Shown: positions 30,610 to 39,473 of the stretch, in pieces | How positions within the stretch are numbered: the stretch's first letter is position 1 | How the letters are laid out: each line of letters starts with the position of its first letter | From: Acidobacteriota bacterium | GTDB taxonomy: Bacteria > Acidobacteriota > UBA890 > WLXD01 | NCBI GenBank assembly: GCA_036012155.1 | Contig: DASCOT010000213.1 | Location: forward strand, 279 to 64,278 | DNA length: 64,000 bases | Direction of reading: 5' to 3' | Translations under genes and position numbers: made by a program | The notes under the pieces: model-generated | What the model was told of the DNA's origin: nothing | The model's input: only the letters and a program-made list of their open reading frames with translations | The model's database searches: none

Positions 30610-31338
30610 CTAGATAGCGCCACCGCTCCGCAGCAGGATCACGACCCCCACGGTCACCATGGCAACCCCGGCCACGCGACCACCAGCCGCGCCGCGCGCA
30701 GCCACCTTCTCCAGCAATACGAACGCCGTGATCAGGGCGATCCAGAGAAGATTCATCACGCCGCCGACGAACAGCAACAGCATCAGTATCCAGCAACAGC
30801 CCAGACAGTAGACGCCGTGCTCGAAGCCCATCCGAACCGCTCCGAGGGTACCAGTGCGCCAGTGCTCGGCGATGAAGTGCATTGGTGATCGACAGTGCCG
30901 CAGGCAGGCCTCCTTCAACGGAGTCATCTGGTACAGCCCGGCGACGATCAGCAGACCAGCACCCAGGGTGCCGCTGTTGAGAACCATCATCGGCGACAGC
31001 AGGGCGGCGCGGTGCAGTTGCCACTGCAGCAGCGTTGCCGCGAGGCTGAAGGCGCACCAGATCGCCACATAGCCCGACACAAAGGCGGCCGTGGGCGCCA
31101 GGACGGCGCCCTGGCTGGCTGCCTTGCGCGCCACCGAGGCATAGATCAACGCCATGGGGGTAGCCGTCGGCACCATCATGCCGACCATCATCACGGCCCA
31201 CATCAGGAACATGAGACCGAAGTCGGATGGTCCCCACTCCCGCAGAGCGGCCATGCCGGCCATGCCAGAACCGGCGATACCACTTCCATCCGTGGACGGC
31301 ATGCTGGCGGCGGCGAAGAACAAGTATGCCCAGGCCAA
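30610..31338 (-). CDS. DUF2182 family predicted metal-binding integral membrane protein
   Basis: Polytopic membrane protein with the conserved EACLRHCRSP motif. Typical partner of DUF1326. Confidence 0.7.
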   Translation of the reverse strand: MAWAYLFFAAASMPSTDGSGIAGSGMAGMAALREWGPSDFGLMFLMWAVMMVGMMVPTATPMALIYASVARKAASQGAVLAPTAAFVSGYVAIWCAFSLAATLLQWQLHRAALLSPMMVLNSGTLGAGLLIVAGLYQMTPLKEACLRHCRSPMHFIAEHWRTGTLGAVRMGFEHGVYCLGCCWILMLLLFVGGVMNLLWIALITAFVLLEKVAARGAAGGRVAGVAMVTVGVVILLRSGGAI

Positions 31339-31388
31339 CAGCGTGACCCCGGCGAGCGACGCCAGTACCGCGATGCGGTCGCGCCGGT

Positions 31389-32021
31389 TCAGCGAATCAC
31401 CCCGTCCTGGTTCATGTGCAAGATGTTGAACTGTGCGTACGAGTTGTCGAGGTCAAGCTCGATCCCGGCCGTCACCTTGGAGCGCCCGGTGCCCATCTCG
31501 GCGTAGGTGTACTCGAAGCCGTTGGGCAGGTGGATGCGCGAGCGAGCTTCCTCCCCCGAGAACGCGTTGATGATCGGGGTGCCGTCGGATTCCACCAGAC
31601 CCGGGATACGGGAGTTGGCACGGCGCGCCTCGACGTCGATGGATAGCTCGATCGGCGCCGAGAGCGTGTCGAGCACCTCCGACATGGTGCTGTTGTATAC
31701 GAAGAAGTGAGTGGCGCCGGGAGTGGTCGACTCCCCGTGCAGGATCTTGCGAAGCGCCTCGTGCTGCTCGGGCGTGGCGCGCTCGTCAATAATCACCTGC
31801 TGCTTGCCGTTGCCGTCGGCAATCTCACCGGGCCACCACACCACCATCGCCCAGTTGAGACCATCCAGCCGTGTGTCGTTGAAGTGGCCTTCCTCGATGT
31901 GGCCGTTTACCACCGCCTCGCAATTGCCGTGCGTGGTCACCGCACCGAACTGACAAGGACAGCCCCAGTCACAGTTGCAGTTGCCGTACTCCATGCCCCT
32001 GAGCATCCACTGGTCCGACAC
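31389..32021 (-). CDS. DUF1326 domain protein (Cys-rich N-terminus)
   Basis: N-terminus GNCNCDWGCPCQF is the DUF1326 hallmark. GTG start with RBS AGGAGG about 6 nt upstream. Confidence 0.7.
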   Translation of the reverse strand: MSDQWMLRGMEYGNCNCDWGCPCQFGAVTTHGNCEAVVNGHIEEGHFNDTRLDGLNWAMVVWWPGEIADGNGKQQVIIDERATPEQHEALRKILHGESTTPGATHFFVYNSTMSEVLDTLSAPIELSIDVEARRANSRIPGLVESDGTPIINAFSGEEARSRIHLPNGFEYTYAEMGTGRSKVTAGIELDLDNSYAQFNILHMNQDGVIR

Positions 32022-32070
32022 TTCACTCCTCCTGTACGGGCGAACGAGAAGATCCTCGGGTGCCGAGTTC

Positions 32071-32120
32071 CACTCGACTCTTTATCCTATTTGTAGAGTT
32101 TAGACTCTTGATTAAAGTAC
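32071..32120. promoter_or_regulatory. AT-rich promoter/operator region with three copies of AGAGT/ACTCT in direct and inverted orientation
   Basis: GACTCTTTATCCTATTTGTAGAGTTTAGACTCTTGATTAAAG lies between the RdhA-like gene stop and the DUF1326 start. Confidence 0.35.
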
Positions 32121-32158
32121 GCCTTCGCGCAAGTAGACACCTCGAGCGCACAGCGCCA

Positions 32159-33343
32159 TCATGCCGAGCGCCCCGATCCACCGGCACGCCACCAATCAGC
32201 GGCCGACTTCCGAGCGCCGAACCCCAGCCAGGTGTCGAGCCTCAGCAACAGGCGACGTAGGGGCGTGCCTGCCAGACGACGCCAGAGCCGGAAGACTCGG
32301 GGCGACCAGCGCTTGTTGTAAGGGCATACGCGGATGCAAATCGAGCAGTCGCTATTCTGCTTGGTCCAGAACCCGAAGCACTTCTCGGCATCGACGCTCC
32401 ACTTGCGCACTCCGACGATGTTGGATCGATTGTAAACGCGCTCACTTGGCGTATCGGCGGGAATCGCCTGCACCGGGCACGCATCGGAGCACCGTCGGCA
32501 AGCGTCGCAGAACTCCTTGACGCCAAACTGCACCGGCTCGTCGTTGGCTAGTGGGAGGTCGGTGAAGATCTTGCCGAACCGAACTCGAGGCCCGAACTCC
32601 TTGGTAATCACCATGCCGTGGCGGCCGTACTCGCCTAGGCCCGCCTGGATTGCCAGCGGGATCGCCAGCGCCGTGTCGTTGAGGTTGGGCACCGCCTGGT
32701 AGCCGAGATTGCGGATGTACTGGCTGAGCGCCAGCAGTGCCAGCGTGTCCTCGGAGTATCCCCAGCCGGTGGCCGCGCCGCTCAGCGCCGAAGGAACGGT
32801 GTCGATCAGCCCGTGGTCCATCTCCTTGGCAACGACGATCACCGTTCGTAGCCCTTCCGGCATCTCGTTGGGCTTTTCGTTTTCGAGCCGGCGACTGTAC
32901 TTGTGCGTGTATACCCAGCGCTCATCGTAGGCCGTGATACCGATCAGATCGGCGCCGAACAGCTTGCCGATGCGCTTGACCTCGGCGCTGGCTGCCTCGG
33001 GCGAGTCGAACGGCACCTTCTCGGCCGGCGGATCGCGCAGCAACGTGAACTCGTCGAGATAACCTTCGCGGCGATCTTCGTCCTCTTTGAGCTCGGCGAA
33101 GACGTCGGTAACGTGCCACGAGGCATTGCGCAGCGCGTAGTCCCGCTGTGTGAACCCGTCCGCGCTGCGCCAGTTGGCCAGGGGTTTTCGGTAGGTCGCG
33201 TAGAACAGATCGCTCCGCTCAGAGCGCACCGCCGGGTCCCAGAACGAACGACAGAAGATGTCGTCGCGCTGGCTGAAGCGCTCGAAGTCAGGCAGCACCT
33301 CGAGCGGCTCAGGGTCAGGATCGACGCTCGCCTGCCGTGTCAC
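32159..33343 (-). CDS. Reductive dehalogenase (RdhA)/QueG-superfamily cobalamin plus 2x[4Fe-4S] enzyme, no Tat signal
   Basis: 394 aa. CDACRRCSDACP and CSICIRVCP cluster motifs plus a GLGEYGRHGMVITKEFGPRVRFGKIFT corrinoid-domain block. GTG start overlaps the TPR gene stop (GTGA). Confidence 0.65.
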   Translation of the reverse strand: MTRQASVDPDPEPLEVLPDFERFSQRDDIFCRSFWDPAVRSERSDLFYATYRKPLANWRSADGFTQRDYALRNASWHVTDVFAELKEDEDRREGYLDEFTLLRDPPAEKVPFDSPEAASAEVKRIGKLFGADLIGITAYDERWVYTHKYSRRLENEKPNEMPEGLRTVIVVAKEMDHGLIDTVPSALSGAATGWGYSEDTLALLALSQYIRNLGYQAVPNLNDTALAIPLAIQAGLGEYGRHGMVITKEFGPRVRFGKIFTDLPLANDEPVQFGVKEFCDACRRCSDACPVQAIPADTPSERVYNRSNIVGVRKWSVDAEKCFGFWTKQNSDCSICIRVCPYNKRWSPRVFRLWRRLAGTPLRRLLLRLDTWLGFGARKSAADWWRAGGSGRSA

Positions 33344-34059
33344 TGTGCTGCCTCAAGCTGGGCTTCGACCGCTTCCAGGAGCCGCCCGACGATCTCGGCA
33401 TCGGCCGCATCGACCGACTCGATCTCCAGGAACTTCCCAAACGCGGTGGCGGCGGCGGCAAAGTCGCGACCCTGAATATGTGCAAAGCCGGCCTGTTTTT
33501 GCGCCACGGCCAAGTCCGGGTCGATCGCCAAAGCTCGATTGTAGGAGGCCAGCGCCGACTCGTGCCGCCGCTCCTTCAGGTACGTGTCGCCGATACCGAC
33601 ATGCAACAAGGCGTTGTCGGGCTCGTTTGCCAGGACTTCCTCAAACAACCGGCTGGCGTCATCTTGGCGATCGGCGCGGAGATAGGCCTGCGCCAGCGTG
33701 AGGGTGACGCCGACGTTCGCGGGGTCGCTCGCCAGAACCCGCTTGAGCGCCGCCTCCTCGGCCGCGCCGTTGCCCAGCGCCCGGTGCGCCTCAGCGATCC
33801 GCAGCAATACGACGTTGGTGTCGGGATTCGCCGTGAGCAACTCTTGCCACGCCGTGAGCGCCGTCTCGTAGTCGCGAGCCTGGAAGGCGCTGAGACCTGC
33901 GGCGTATTCCGCCGAGTCGACGAGATCCCCGGTGCTGGAGGTAGGGCTCTCCTGCTCTTGCGACGTGGCGCCGCGTAGCTGGCCCGCCGTCAACACGCAC
34001 AGCGCGATCACGATACAAGAACAGCCGATGCGGTGTACTCGGCGCGAATCTGCCACTGG
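33340..34059 (-). CDS. Secreted TPR repeat protein
   Basis: TPR helices throughout. Track ORF extends to 34224. A GTG start (VADSRRVHRIGCSCIVIALCVL...) preceded by GGAGA gives a signal peptide. Confidence 0.6.
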   Translation of the reverse strand, partial: PVADSRRVHRIGCSCIVIALCVLTAGQLRGATSQEQESPTSSTGDLVDSAEYAAGLSAFQARDYETALTAWQELLTANPDTNVVLLRIAEAHRALGNGAAEEAALKRVLASDPANVGVTLTLAQAYLRADRQDDASRLFEEVLANEPDNALLHVGIGDTYLKERRHESALASYNRALAIDPDLAVAQKQAGFAHIQGRDFAAAATAFGKFLEIESVDAADAEIVGRLLEAVEAQLEAAQ

Positions 34060-34076
34060 AGGTCTCCCTGCTGCCG

Positions 34077-34100
34077 GCGAACGCCAGCGTTCGCTGGCAG
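34077..34100. promoter_or_regulatory. Overlapping inverted repeats GCGAACGCCAGCGTTCGCTGGCAG in a divergent intergenic region
   Basis: GAACG..CGTTC and GCCAGCG..CGCTGGC palindromes lie between the TPR-RdhA-like operon and the O-methyltransferase gene. Confidence 0.35.
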
Positions 34101-34204
34101 GACCCATCACCCAGATGGGATCGTTGAGTATAGTCCGGACACGGGAGTGATTGTCCCTGCCCACCGCCCCGGCGGCGTGCACAAGCGCAACGGAGATTGA
34201 CACG

Positions 34205-34867
34205 GTGGCGAATCGCACCATCACCTTGACCGACGAGCTCTACGACTACCTTCTCGGAGCCTCGCTGCGAGAGCCCGCTCTGCTCCGACAGCTCCGCGCG
34301 GAGACCGCATCCCACCCGATGGCGGTCATGCAGATCTCACCCGAGCAGGGACAGTTCATGGCCCTGCTGGCACGCTTGATGGGAGCTCGCCGGATGCTCG
34401 AGATCGGCGTGTTCACCGGTTACAGCTCGCTGGTCGTAGCCCTGGCTCTGCCCCCAGAAGGACGCATCATCGCGTGCGACGTCAGCGAGGAGTACACCTC
34501 GGTCGCGCAGCGCTACTGGGAGGACGCCGGCGTGGCTGACAAGATCGACCTCCGACTCGGGCCCGCAGTCGAGACTCTCGATGCGCTCATCGAAGATGGC
34601 CAGCAGGCCACCTTCGACATGGCGTTCATCGACGCCGACAAGAAGGAGTATGACGCCTACTACGAGCGCGCCCTGCAGCTGGTGAGGGCGGGCGGTTTGA
34701 TCGCCATCGACAACGTACTCTGGAGCGGCGCCGTACTCGACGAGTCCGACTCCGACGAGATGGTGGCCGCCATCCGCGCCCTGAACGCCAAGCTCCGCGA
34801 CGATGACCGGGTCGATCTGAGCATGCTGCCGCTCGGCGACGGACTGACGCTGGCGGCAAAGCGCTGA
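34205..34867 (+). CDS. Class I SAM-dependent O-methyltransferase (family 3, caffeoyl-CoA OMT-like)
   Basis: LEIGVFTGYSS SAM motif and AFIDADKKEY block. GTG start with GGAGA upstream. Track ORF begins at 34151. Confidence 0.8.
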   Translation: MANRTITLTDELYDYLLGASLREPALLRQLRAETASHPMAVMQISPEQGQFMALLARLMGARRMLEIGVFTGYSSLVVALALPPEGRIIACDVSEEYTSVAQRYWEDAGVADKIDLRLGPAVETLDALIEDGQQATFDMAFIDADKKEYDAYYERALQLVRAGGLIAIDNVLWSGAVLDESDSDEMVAAIRALNAKLRDDDRVDLSMLPLGDGLTLAAKR

Positions 34868-34997
34868 GCGCTCCGATCGGCACGTCGGTCAGCCTACGTC
34901 GACAAGGCGGCCGCCCCTGGAGGCCGCCCCAGCGTCACGATACGATGCCGCCGGCATGACCCCCGCTTACCGTTCCTTGCGACTCGAGGAATCGCAG

Positions 34998-35225
34998 ATG
35001 CGAGCATCCGCGCCAGCAGGCCATCGCCGACGTCGATTCGCTTCACCGACCTTGGTCACAGCCGCCATCACGCTGACCCTCGCAGCAGGCAGCGTACCGG
35101 CCCAAAACTCGTTTCCCGGCGACCCCGGAATGCGCGACGCCGCTCGCGCCCTACTGAACTCCTCCGAGAGCGAACGCCGGCACTGGGCGCTGAGCGGCTT
35201 CGAGGACGAGGAACGGTTCAACTGA
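34998..35225 (+). pseudogene. N-terminal part of a DUF3500 protein (Tat signal peptide), cut off by an in-frame TGA
   Basis: MRASAPAGHRRRRFASPTLVTAAITLTLAAG... is in the same frame as the downstream ORF, separated only by TGA at 35223-35225. Confidence 0.5.
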
Positions 35226-35237
35226 GCCTACACGCCC

Positions 35238-36074
35238 GTGCCTCGCCAGGGCTTTCCGCTGCGCGAGATGACCGAGGCAGAGCGCGAGATCACCTGGGAC
35301 CTGGTCGCCTCAGGTCTCGGCGAGCGCAGACTACGCCAGGCTAGAGACGTCATCAAGCTCGAGGAGGTCCTCTACGAGCGCTCTGAGCAATCCGATTTCC
35401 GCGACCCGGATCAGTACTTGATCTCGGTCTTCGGGGCGCCCGGTAGCCTCGGGCGATGGGGGTGGCGCTTCGAGGGCCATCACCTGTCGCTGAACTTCAC
35501 GCTGCTCGATGGGCGGGTCGTCGGTACAACACCAGCGTTCTTCGGGGGCAACCCGGCCTACGTCGGTGAGGGGCTGCACTCAGGGCTACGACCGTTTGCG
35601 GAGGAGGAGGATCGCGCCCGCCTGCTGCTGCACAACCTCGGTCCCGCCGAGCGCAGGACGGCGGTGTTTACTGATACCGCTCCGGACGACATCCTGACAA
35701 GCAACTCGCAGGTCGCCACCCGACCCACGGCAACGGGGATTCGCTATGGCCAGCTGGCCGAGTCCCAGCAACAGGCACTGTGGGGTCTGCTCGAGCTGTA
35801 TGCGGCTCGTCTGGAGGACTCGCTCGCCGAGAGCGAACTTGCCGAGATCCGCGCTCGCGGCCTCGACGAGCTTCGATTCGCCTGGGCCGGTGGCCTGGAA
35901 GCCGGTGAGCCGCACTACTACCGCATCCAGGGTCCCACCTTCGTGGTCGAATACGACAACACCCAGAACGACGCGAACCATGTGCACACCGCATGGCGCA
36001 ACTTCGAGCGCGACTTCGGCCGTGATCCCCTGCGCGAGCACCTGGCAGCAGCCCACAGCCATCCGCGACGCTAG
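35238..36074 (+). CDS. DUF3500 domain protein (body of the gene)
   Basis: 278 aa with DUF3500 hallmarks (WRFEGHHLSLNF, HVHTAWRNFERDFGRD). Continuous in frame with 34998..35225 across one TGA. Confidence 0.75.
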   Translation: MPRQGFPLREMTEAEREITWDLVASGLGERRLRQARDVIKLEEVLYERSEQSDFRDPDQYLISVFGAPGSLGRWGWRFEGHHLSLNFTLLDGRVVGTTPAFFGGNPAYVGEGLHSGLRPFAEEEDRARLLLHNLGPAERRTAVFTDTAPDDILTSNSQVATRPTATGIRYGQLAESQQQALWGLLELYAARLEDSLAESELAEIRARGLDELRFAWAGGLEAGEPHYYRIQGPTFVVEYDNTQNDANHVHTAWRNFERDFGRDPLREHLAAAHSHPRR

Positions 36075-36324
36075 CCCTACAGGAAGGGGCGGTGCGTCGA
36101 TCGAGTAGGCGCGCTATTCAGCCGCGCAACGGCTAGCAGAATCGTGGCGGAACCAACGGATGCTCACCCGCGACGCGCCTCCCGAGTCCGGCGCCGTCGC
36201 TAGGGTCAGGCCCTATTTGGCCGGCGCTGACCGAAAAGTGTTGCTCCGGCACTCTTCGCCTCCCTAGACTCGATCCTGGTTGGTCGAGCCAGCCACGCGC
36301 GCCTCCCCATGCTCGCAGAGTCAC

Positions 36325-37134
36325 GTGAAACGCTCGTGTCTGGCACTCGTTGCCTTGTTGACGGTGGGCTGCGCTCATGGCGCCGCGCTTCGTCCCGATC
36401 GTCGCCCGACCGTACCCCCGGCTGAGGCTCCGACTCCAGGCTCACCGCCGGCTGCGACTCCGACTGCAGACCCGTCCCCAGCTGAGACGCCGCCCCCGAA
36501 TCCGGCTGGAGTCTGGGTTCCGGCACCGCCTCGGGTCCGCAAGACGGCCGCCACCCGGACCCCGACCAGAACTCCGGATGTGCTCGTGACCCCGACCGCA
36601 ATCCCGGCTGCGACCGGCGGCAAGGCTCTGTTCATGCCGGAGTGCTACGAGCCGCCGCCGAATATGCCGGCGATCGAAAGGGCCGATTCGACAGGCTGGC
36701 ACCTTCCGGTGGCGCAGGTCGGCAACAATGCCGTTCTCAGCCACTTCGGCGCGCCGCGAGATCGCGGCGCGCGAAGCCATGCTGGAATCGACATCGCAGC
36801 CTCCCGAGGCGCCCTCGTGCACGCGCCGCTCGATGCGCGAGTCATCACCTCGCGCAACAGTGGCCGTGGTGGCAACACCGTTGTACTCCTGGACGCCAGC
36901 GAGAAGATCCAGTTCGTCTTCACCCACCTCGACTCCCGCGCCGTGAGCGCTGGAGAGCACGTGCTGAGCGGTCAGCAAATCGGTGCTGTCGGCACTACAG
37001 GCAACGCTGCCGGCGGCGTTCCACACCTGCACTTCGAGGTGCATGACTTCGCCGGGCCGATCGACCCTTGCCCGCTGTTGGATCGCGCACCTGGTGCGAG
37101 CGTCAGTTGCCCGGCGGAGCTGGCTGCCCGATAG
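36325..37134 (+). CDS. M23 family metallopeptidase lipoprotein (LytM domain)
   Basis: HAGIDIAA...GNTVVL...HLD...GQQIGAVGTTGNAAGGVPHLHFEV. Lipobox LLTVGC. A GTG start is assumed inside track ORF 36280..37134. Confidence 0.8.
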   Translation: MKRSCLALVALLTVGCAHGAALRPDRRPTVPPAEAPTPGSPPAATPTADPSPAETPPPNPAGVWVPAPPRVRKTAATRTPTRTPDVLVTPTAIPAATGGKALFMPECYEPPPNMPAIERADSTGWHLPVAQVGNNAVLSHFGAPRDRGARSHAGIDIAASRGALVHAPLDARVITSRNSGRGGNTVVLLDASEKIQFVFTHLDSRAVSAGEHVLSGQQIGAVGTTGNAAGGVPHLHFEVHDFAGPIDPCPLLDRAPGASVSCPAELAAR

Positions 37135-37144
37135 ACTGGGCAAC

Positions 37145-37813
37145 ATGATCGCCAGAGTCGGACGCACCTCGCGGCACCCCCGGTGGGGATTGCTTGCCTG
37201 CACCGTAGCCATTGCCTCCTGCGCCGCCGAAGATCGGCCGCCGGGCCCTGCCGAGACCGAAAGCCGGGCGCCCGCCACGAAGGCCGTCGGATCGCTCGTT
37301 GCAACCGTGCCCGGGCGCGCTGGCCCTGCCCTGGTGGCCCTGGAACCCCGATCGGCATACGACAACGAACCACCTGCGTCGGCGGCGCTGATCGATCAGT
37401 TTGGCTACACATTCGAGCCGCCGCTATCGATCGCCCAGCAGGGCCAACCGGTCAGGTTCGGCAACAGCGAGGATGTCGATCATCACGTGCGCGTAGCGCA
37501 CGCCGAGACTCGGGCGGTGGTCGTCAACACCAACCTGCTGATGGACGAGAGCGTCGAACACGTCTTCGCCGAGCCGGGTCCCTATACCGTGCGTTGTGAC
37601 ATCCATCCGGCGATGATGGCGGTGATCCTCGTCCTCTCGCATCCATACGGGGCCGTCACCAACAATGCCGGCGAGTTTCGCATTGACGGCATACCGCCAG
37701 GCGCCTACGACCTATCGGGATGGGATGTTGCCGGCGAGCAATTCATCGAGCTCGCGGTACAGGTAAGCAAACCGGCGGACGGTATCGAGCTAGAGCTCAA
37801 CCCGCGGGAATAG
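37145..37813 (+). CDS. Cupredoxin-like (type-1 Cu site CxxHxxM) lipoprotein with a C-terminal carboxypeptidase-regulatory-like domain
   Basis: Start MIARVGR...VAIASC (lipobox). HHVRVAH...CDIHPAMMA blue-copper ligand pattern. C-terminal VTNNAGEFRIDGIPPGAYDLSGW. Confidence 0.6.
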   Translation: MIARVGRTSRHPRWGLLACTVAIASCAAEDRPPGPAETESRAPATKAVGSLVATVPGRAGPALVALEPRSAYDNEPPASAALIDQFGYTFEPPLSIAQQGQPVRFGNSEDVDHHVRVAHAETRAVVVNTNLLMDESVEHVFAEPGPYTVRCDIHPAMMAVILVLSHPYGAVTNNAGEFRIDGIPPGAYDLSGWDVAGEQFIELAVQVSKPADGIELELNPRE

Positions 37814-37842
37814 CCCCGGAGCTATGCTCCCAAGAGAAGCGC

Positions 37843-38358
37843 CTACGCGGCGATCCCGTGGCGTCCATCTTCCTGGCGCAGTGCTTCTGTCAACTCGTTC
37901 AAGGCCAGGGCGACCCCCTTGAGCTCGTCGTCGGGGCGCAACGTGCACGTGTGCCCGTAGTCGCCGGCTTTGAGGCGGTCGATATGGCGCCGAATGGCCA
38001 CCTGCGGACCGACAAAGCGGTGCGTCAGCCAGATCGCGAAGGCACCGCAGACCACCGCAAGCAGTGGAAACAACAGGGCCATCCAAATCTCCAGGCTGCG
38101 TAACGGCTGTCCCACCGCCACGGCAAGCTCGAGGGGATCGATCGAGGTGTTGAGCATCGCCTGGCCCATGATCCGCTGGAACGCATAGATCAACAGCATC
38201 TGCGTCACTGCCGCGGCGATGCCCGCGACAGCGAAGAAGTACAGGCCGTAGCGGTACTGTACGCGTGGGTTCAGGAGAAAATTGCGAATCTGGCGACGGT
38301 TTCGCTGGACGTTGGCTTGTTGGGGCATAGCGCCCTCCTCCCTCTCTCTACTGGGCAT
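37843..38358 (-). CDS. Small membrane protein with 2 TM helices and a C-terminal HAMP domain
   Basis: The HAMP-like segment is VGPQVAIRRHIDRLKAGDYGHTCTLRPDDELKGVALALNELTEAL. It is the last gene of the pilin operon. Confidence 0.55.
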   Translation of the reverse strand: MPSREREEGAMPQQANVQRNRRQIRNFLLNPRVQYRYGLYFFAVAGIAAAVTQMLLIYAFQRIMGQAMLNTSIDPLELAVAVGQPLRSLEIWMALLFPLLAVVCGAFAIWLTHRFVGPQVAIRRHIDRLKAGDYGHTCTLRPDDELKGVALALNELTEALRQEDGRHGIAA

Positions 38359-39028
38359 TGTGTACCTTCACCTGAGCGGTAAGCTCGTAGTTGGTATGCG
38401 TATCGCCGACAAGCTGAGTGACCGAGTCGTCAACCAGGTCGATCTGGACGGCCACCGAGCGAATCCGACCGCGATCGGCAGCACCGAGTCCGCTGACGCC
38501 GGGAGTTAGCTCGGCGCCCGTTTCATCGAAATAGCGGAAGACGGTCTGACCGCTGGTTAGGCTGTCCACCAATACTTGACCGGTGGTCTCGGCCGTCCAG
38601 GAACTGCCGTCCCAACAGTCGACGCTGCGGTGGATCTGCGCACCGACGACCGAGTAGCTCAGACGCTCCGCACCCCCGTTGACAGCGTTTTCGAACCCGG
38701 CGGCGCACGGTGAGCCACTGTCGCCGTCATCGACGTCGGCGGCAAACTGAATAGCCGACGCGGTCGCGACGCTGAAGATCTCGCCGACGGTACCGATGTC
38801 GTACCCGGCTACGCGCGTCTCGCGAACGATCTTGTCGAGCGCCACTCGAGCCTCCTGCCTCATTCCCATATCGGCCTGTTGTGACTCGAATACGTTCTGT
38901 CCACCCGTGAGCATCGACACCACTCCGCCCACCACCAGGGTGAGAATCGTGGCGGCAATGAGCAGCTCCAGCAGACCGCTGCCGACATCATCGGCGTGGA
39001 CACGCATCGGCTTAACGAGGGGCCGCAA
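38348..39028 (-). CDS. Type IV pilus minor pilin, PilW/GspJ-like (prepilin-type N-terminus)
   Basis: The N-terminal motif DDVG|SGLLELLIAATILTLVV shows prepilin peptidase logic (Gly, then Glu at +5). Confidence 0.7.
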   Translation of the reverse strand: MRPLVKPMRVHADDVGSGLLELLIAATILTLVVGGVVSMLTGGQNVFESQQADMGMRQEARVALDKIVRETRVAGYDIGTVGEIFSVATASAIQFAADVDDGDSGSPCAAGFENAVNGGAERLSYSVVGAQIHRSVDCWDGSSWTAETTGQVLVDSLTSGQTVFRYFDETGAELTPGVSGLGAADRGRIRSVAVQIDLVDDSVTQLVGDTHTNYELTAQVKVHNAQ

Positions 39029-39473
39029 TGGCCGTCAGCGTGGTCTCCTTGACCGTCCCGCTGGCGGCGATCTGCGCGATGACTCGAACATCGAGTTGGA
39101 AGTAGTCGCCCTGATCGACGATTGCCCAGCGACGGGTGTAGTCGACGTCGCCGTCGTCTTCGACATCCGGCGAATCGGAATACCCGCTCTCATCGGAGAG
39201 TAGCGAACCGCCCGCAGCCAAGCTGTTGTAGGGGATCTGGCGCAGCTGCTCTATCTTCTCGCTTGCCAGCGTCGTGACCTGAGTGATGTCGTCGGCTGCC
39301 TTGTTGATTGCCGCGCTGGCTACGTAGAGCTGCGTCACCGAAAGCAAGACCATGAGCAGCAGCAGCATCGCGATGGTCGTCTCGAGCAGCGAGACTCCGC
39401 CCTCGCTCGACTCGCAGATCGCATGGTCACCCAGAGACGCACGGTTGGAGCACTGGCGCTGCGCTACTCTCAC
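39012..39473 (-). CDS. Type IV pilus minor pilin, PilV-like (prepilin-type N-terminus)
   Basis: SEGG|VSLLETTIAMLLLLMVLL. Confidence 0.7.
   Translation of the reverse strand: MRVAQRQCSNRASLGDHAICESSEGGVSLLETTIAMLLLLMVLLSVTQLYVASAAINKAADDITQVTTLASEKIEQLRQIPYNSLAAGGSLLSDESGYSDSPDVEDDGDVDYTRRWAIVDQGDYFQLDVRVIAQIAASGTVKETTLTAIAAPR

Noticed and set aside
34059-34204. Possible cobalamin riboswitch upstream of the TPR-RdhA-like operon
   Set aside because: No B12-box-like consensus or multi-stem architecture is evident. The only structure is a short inverted repeat, better explained as a protein operator.
35223-35225. Genome-wide UGA=Trp reassignment as the explanation for the DUF3500 TGA
   Set aside because: Many confidently called genes in this window terminate at TGA (padR, the NuoE-NuoF fusion, others). 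Isolated nonsense mutation, error, or rare readthrough is more parsimonious.
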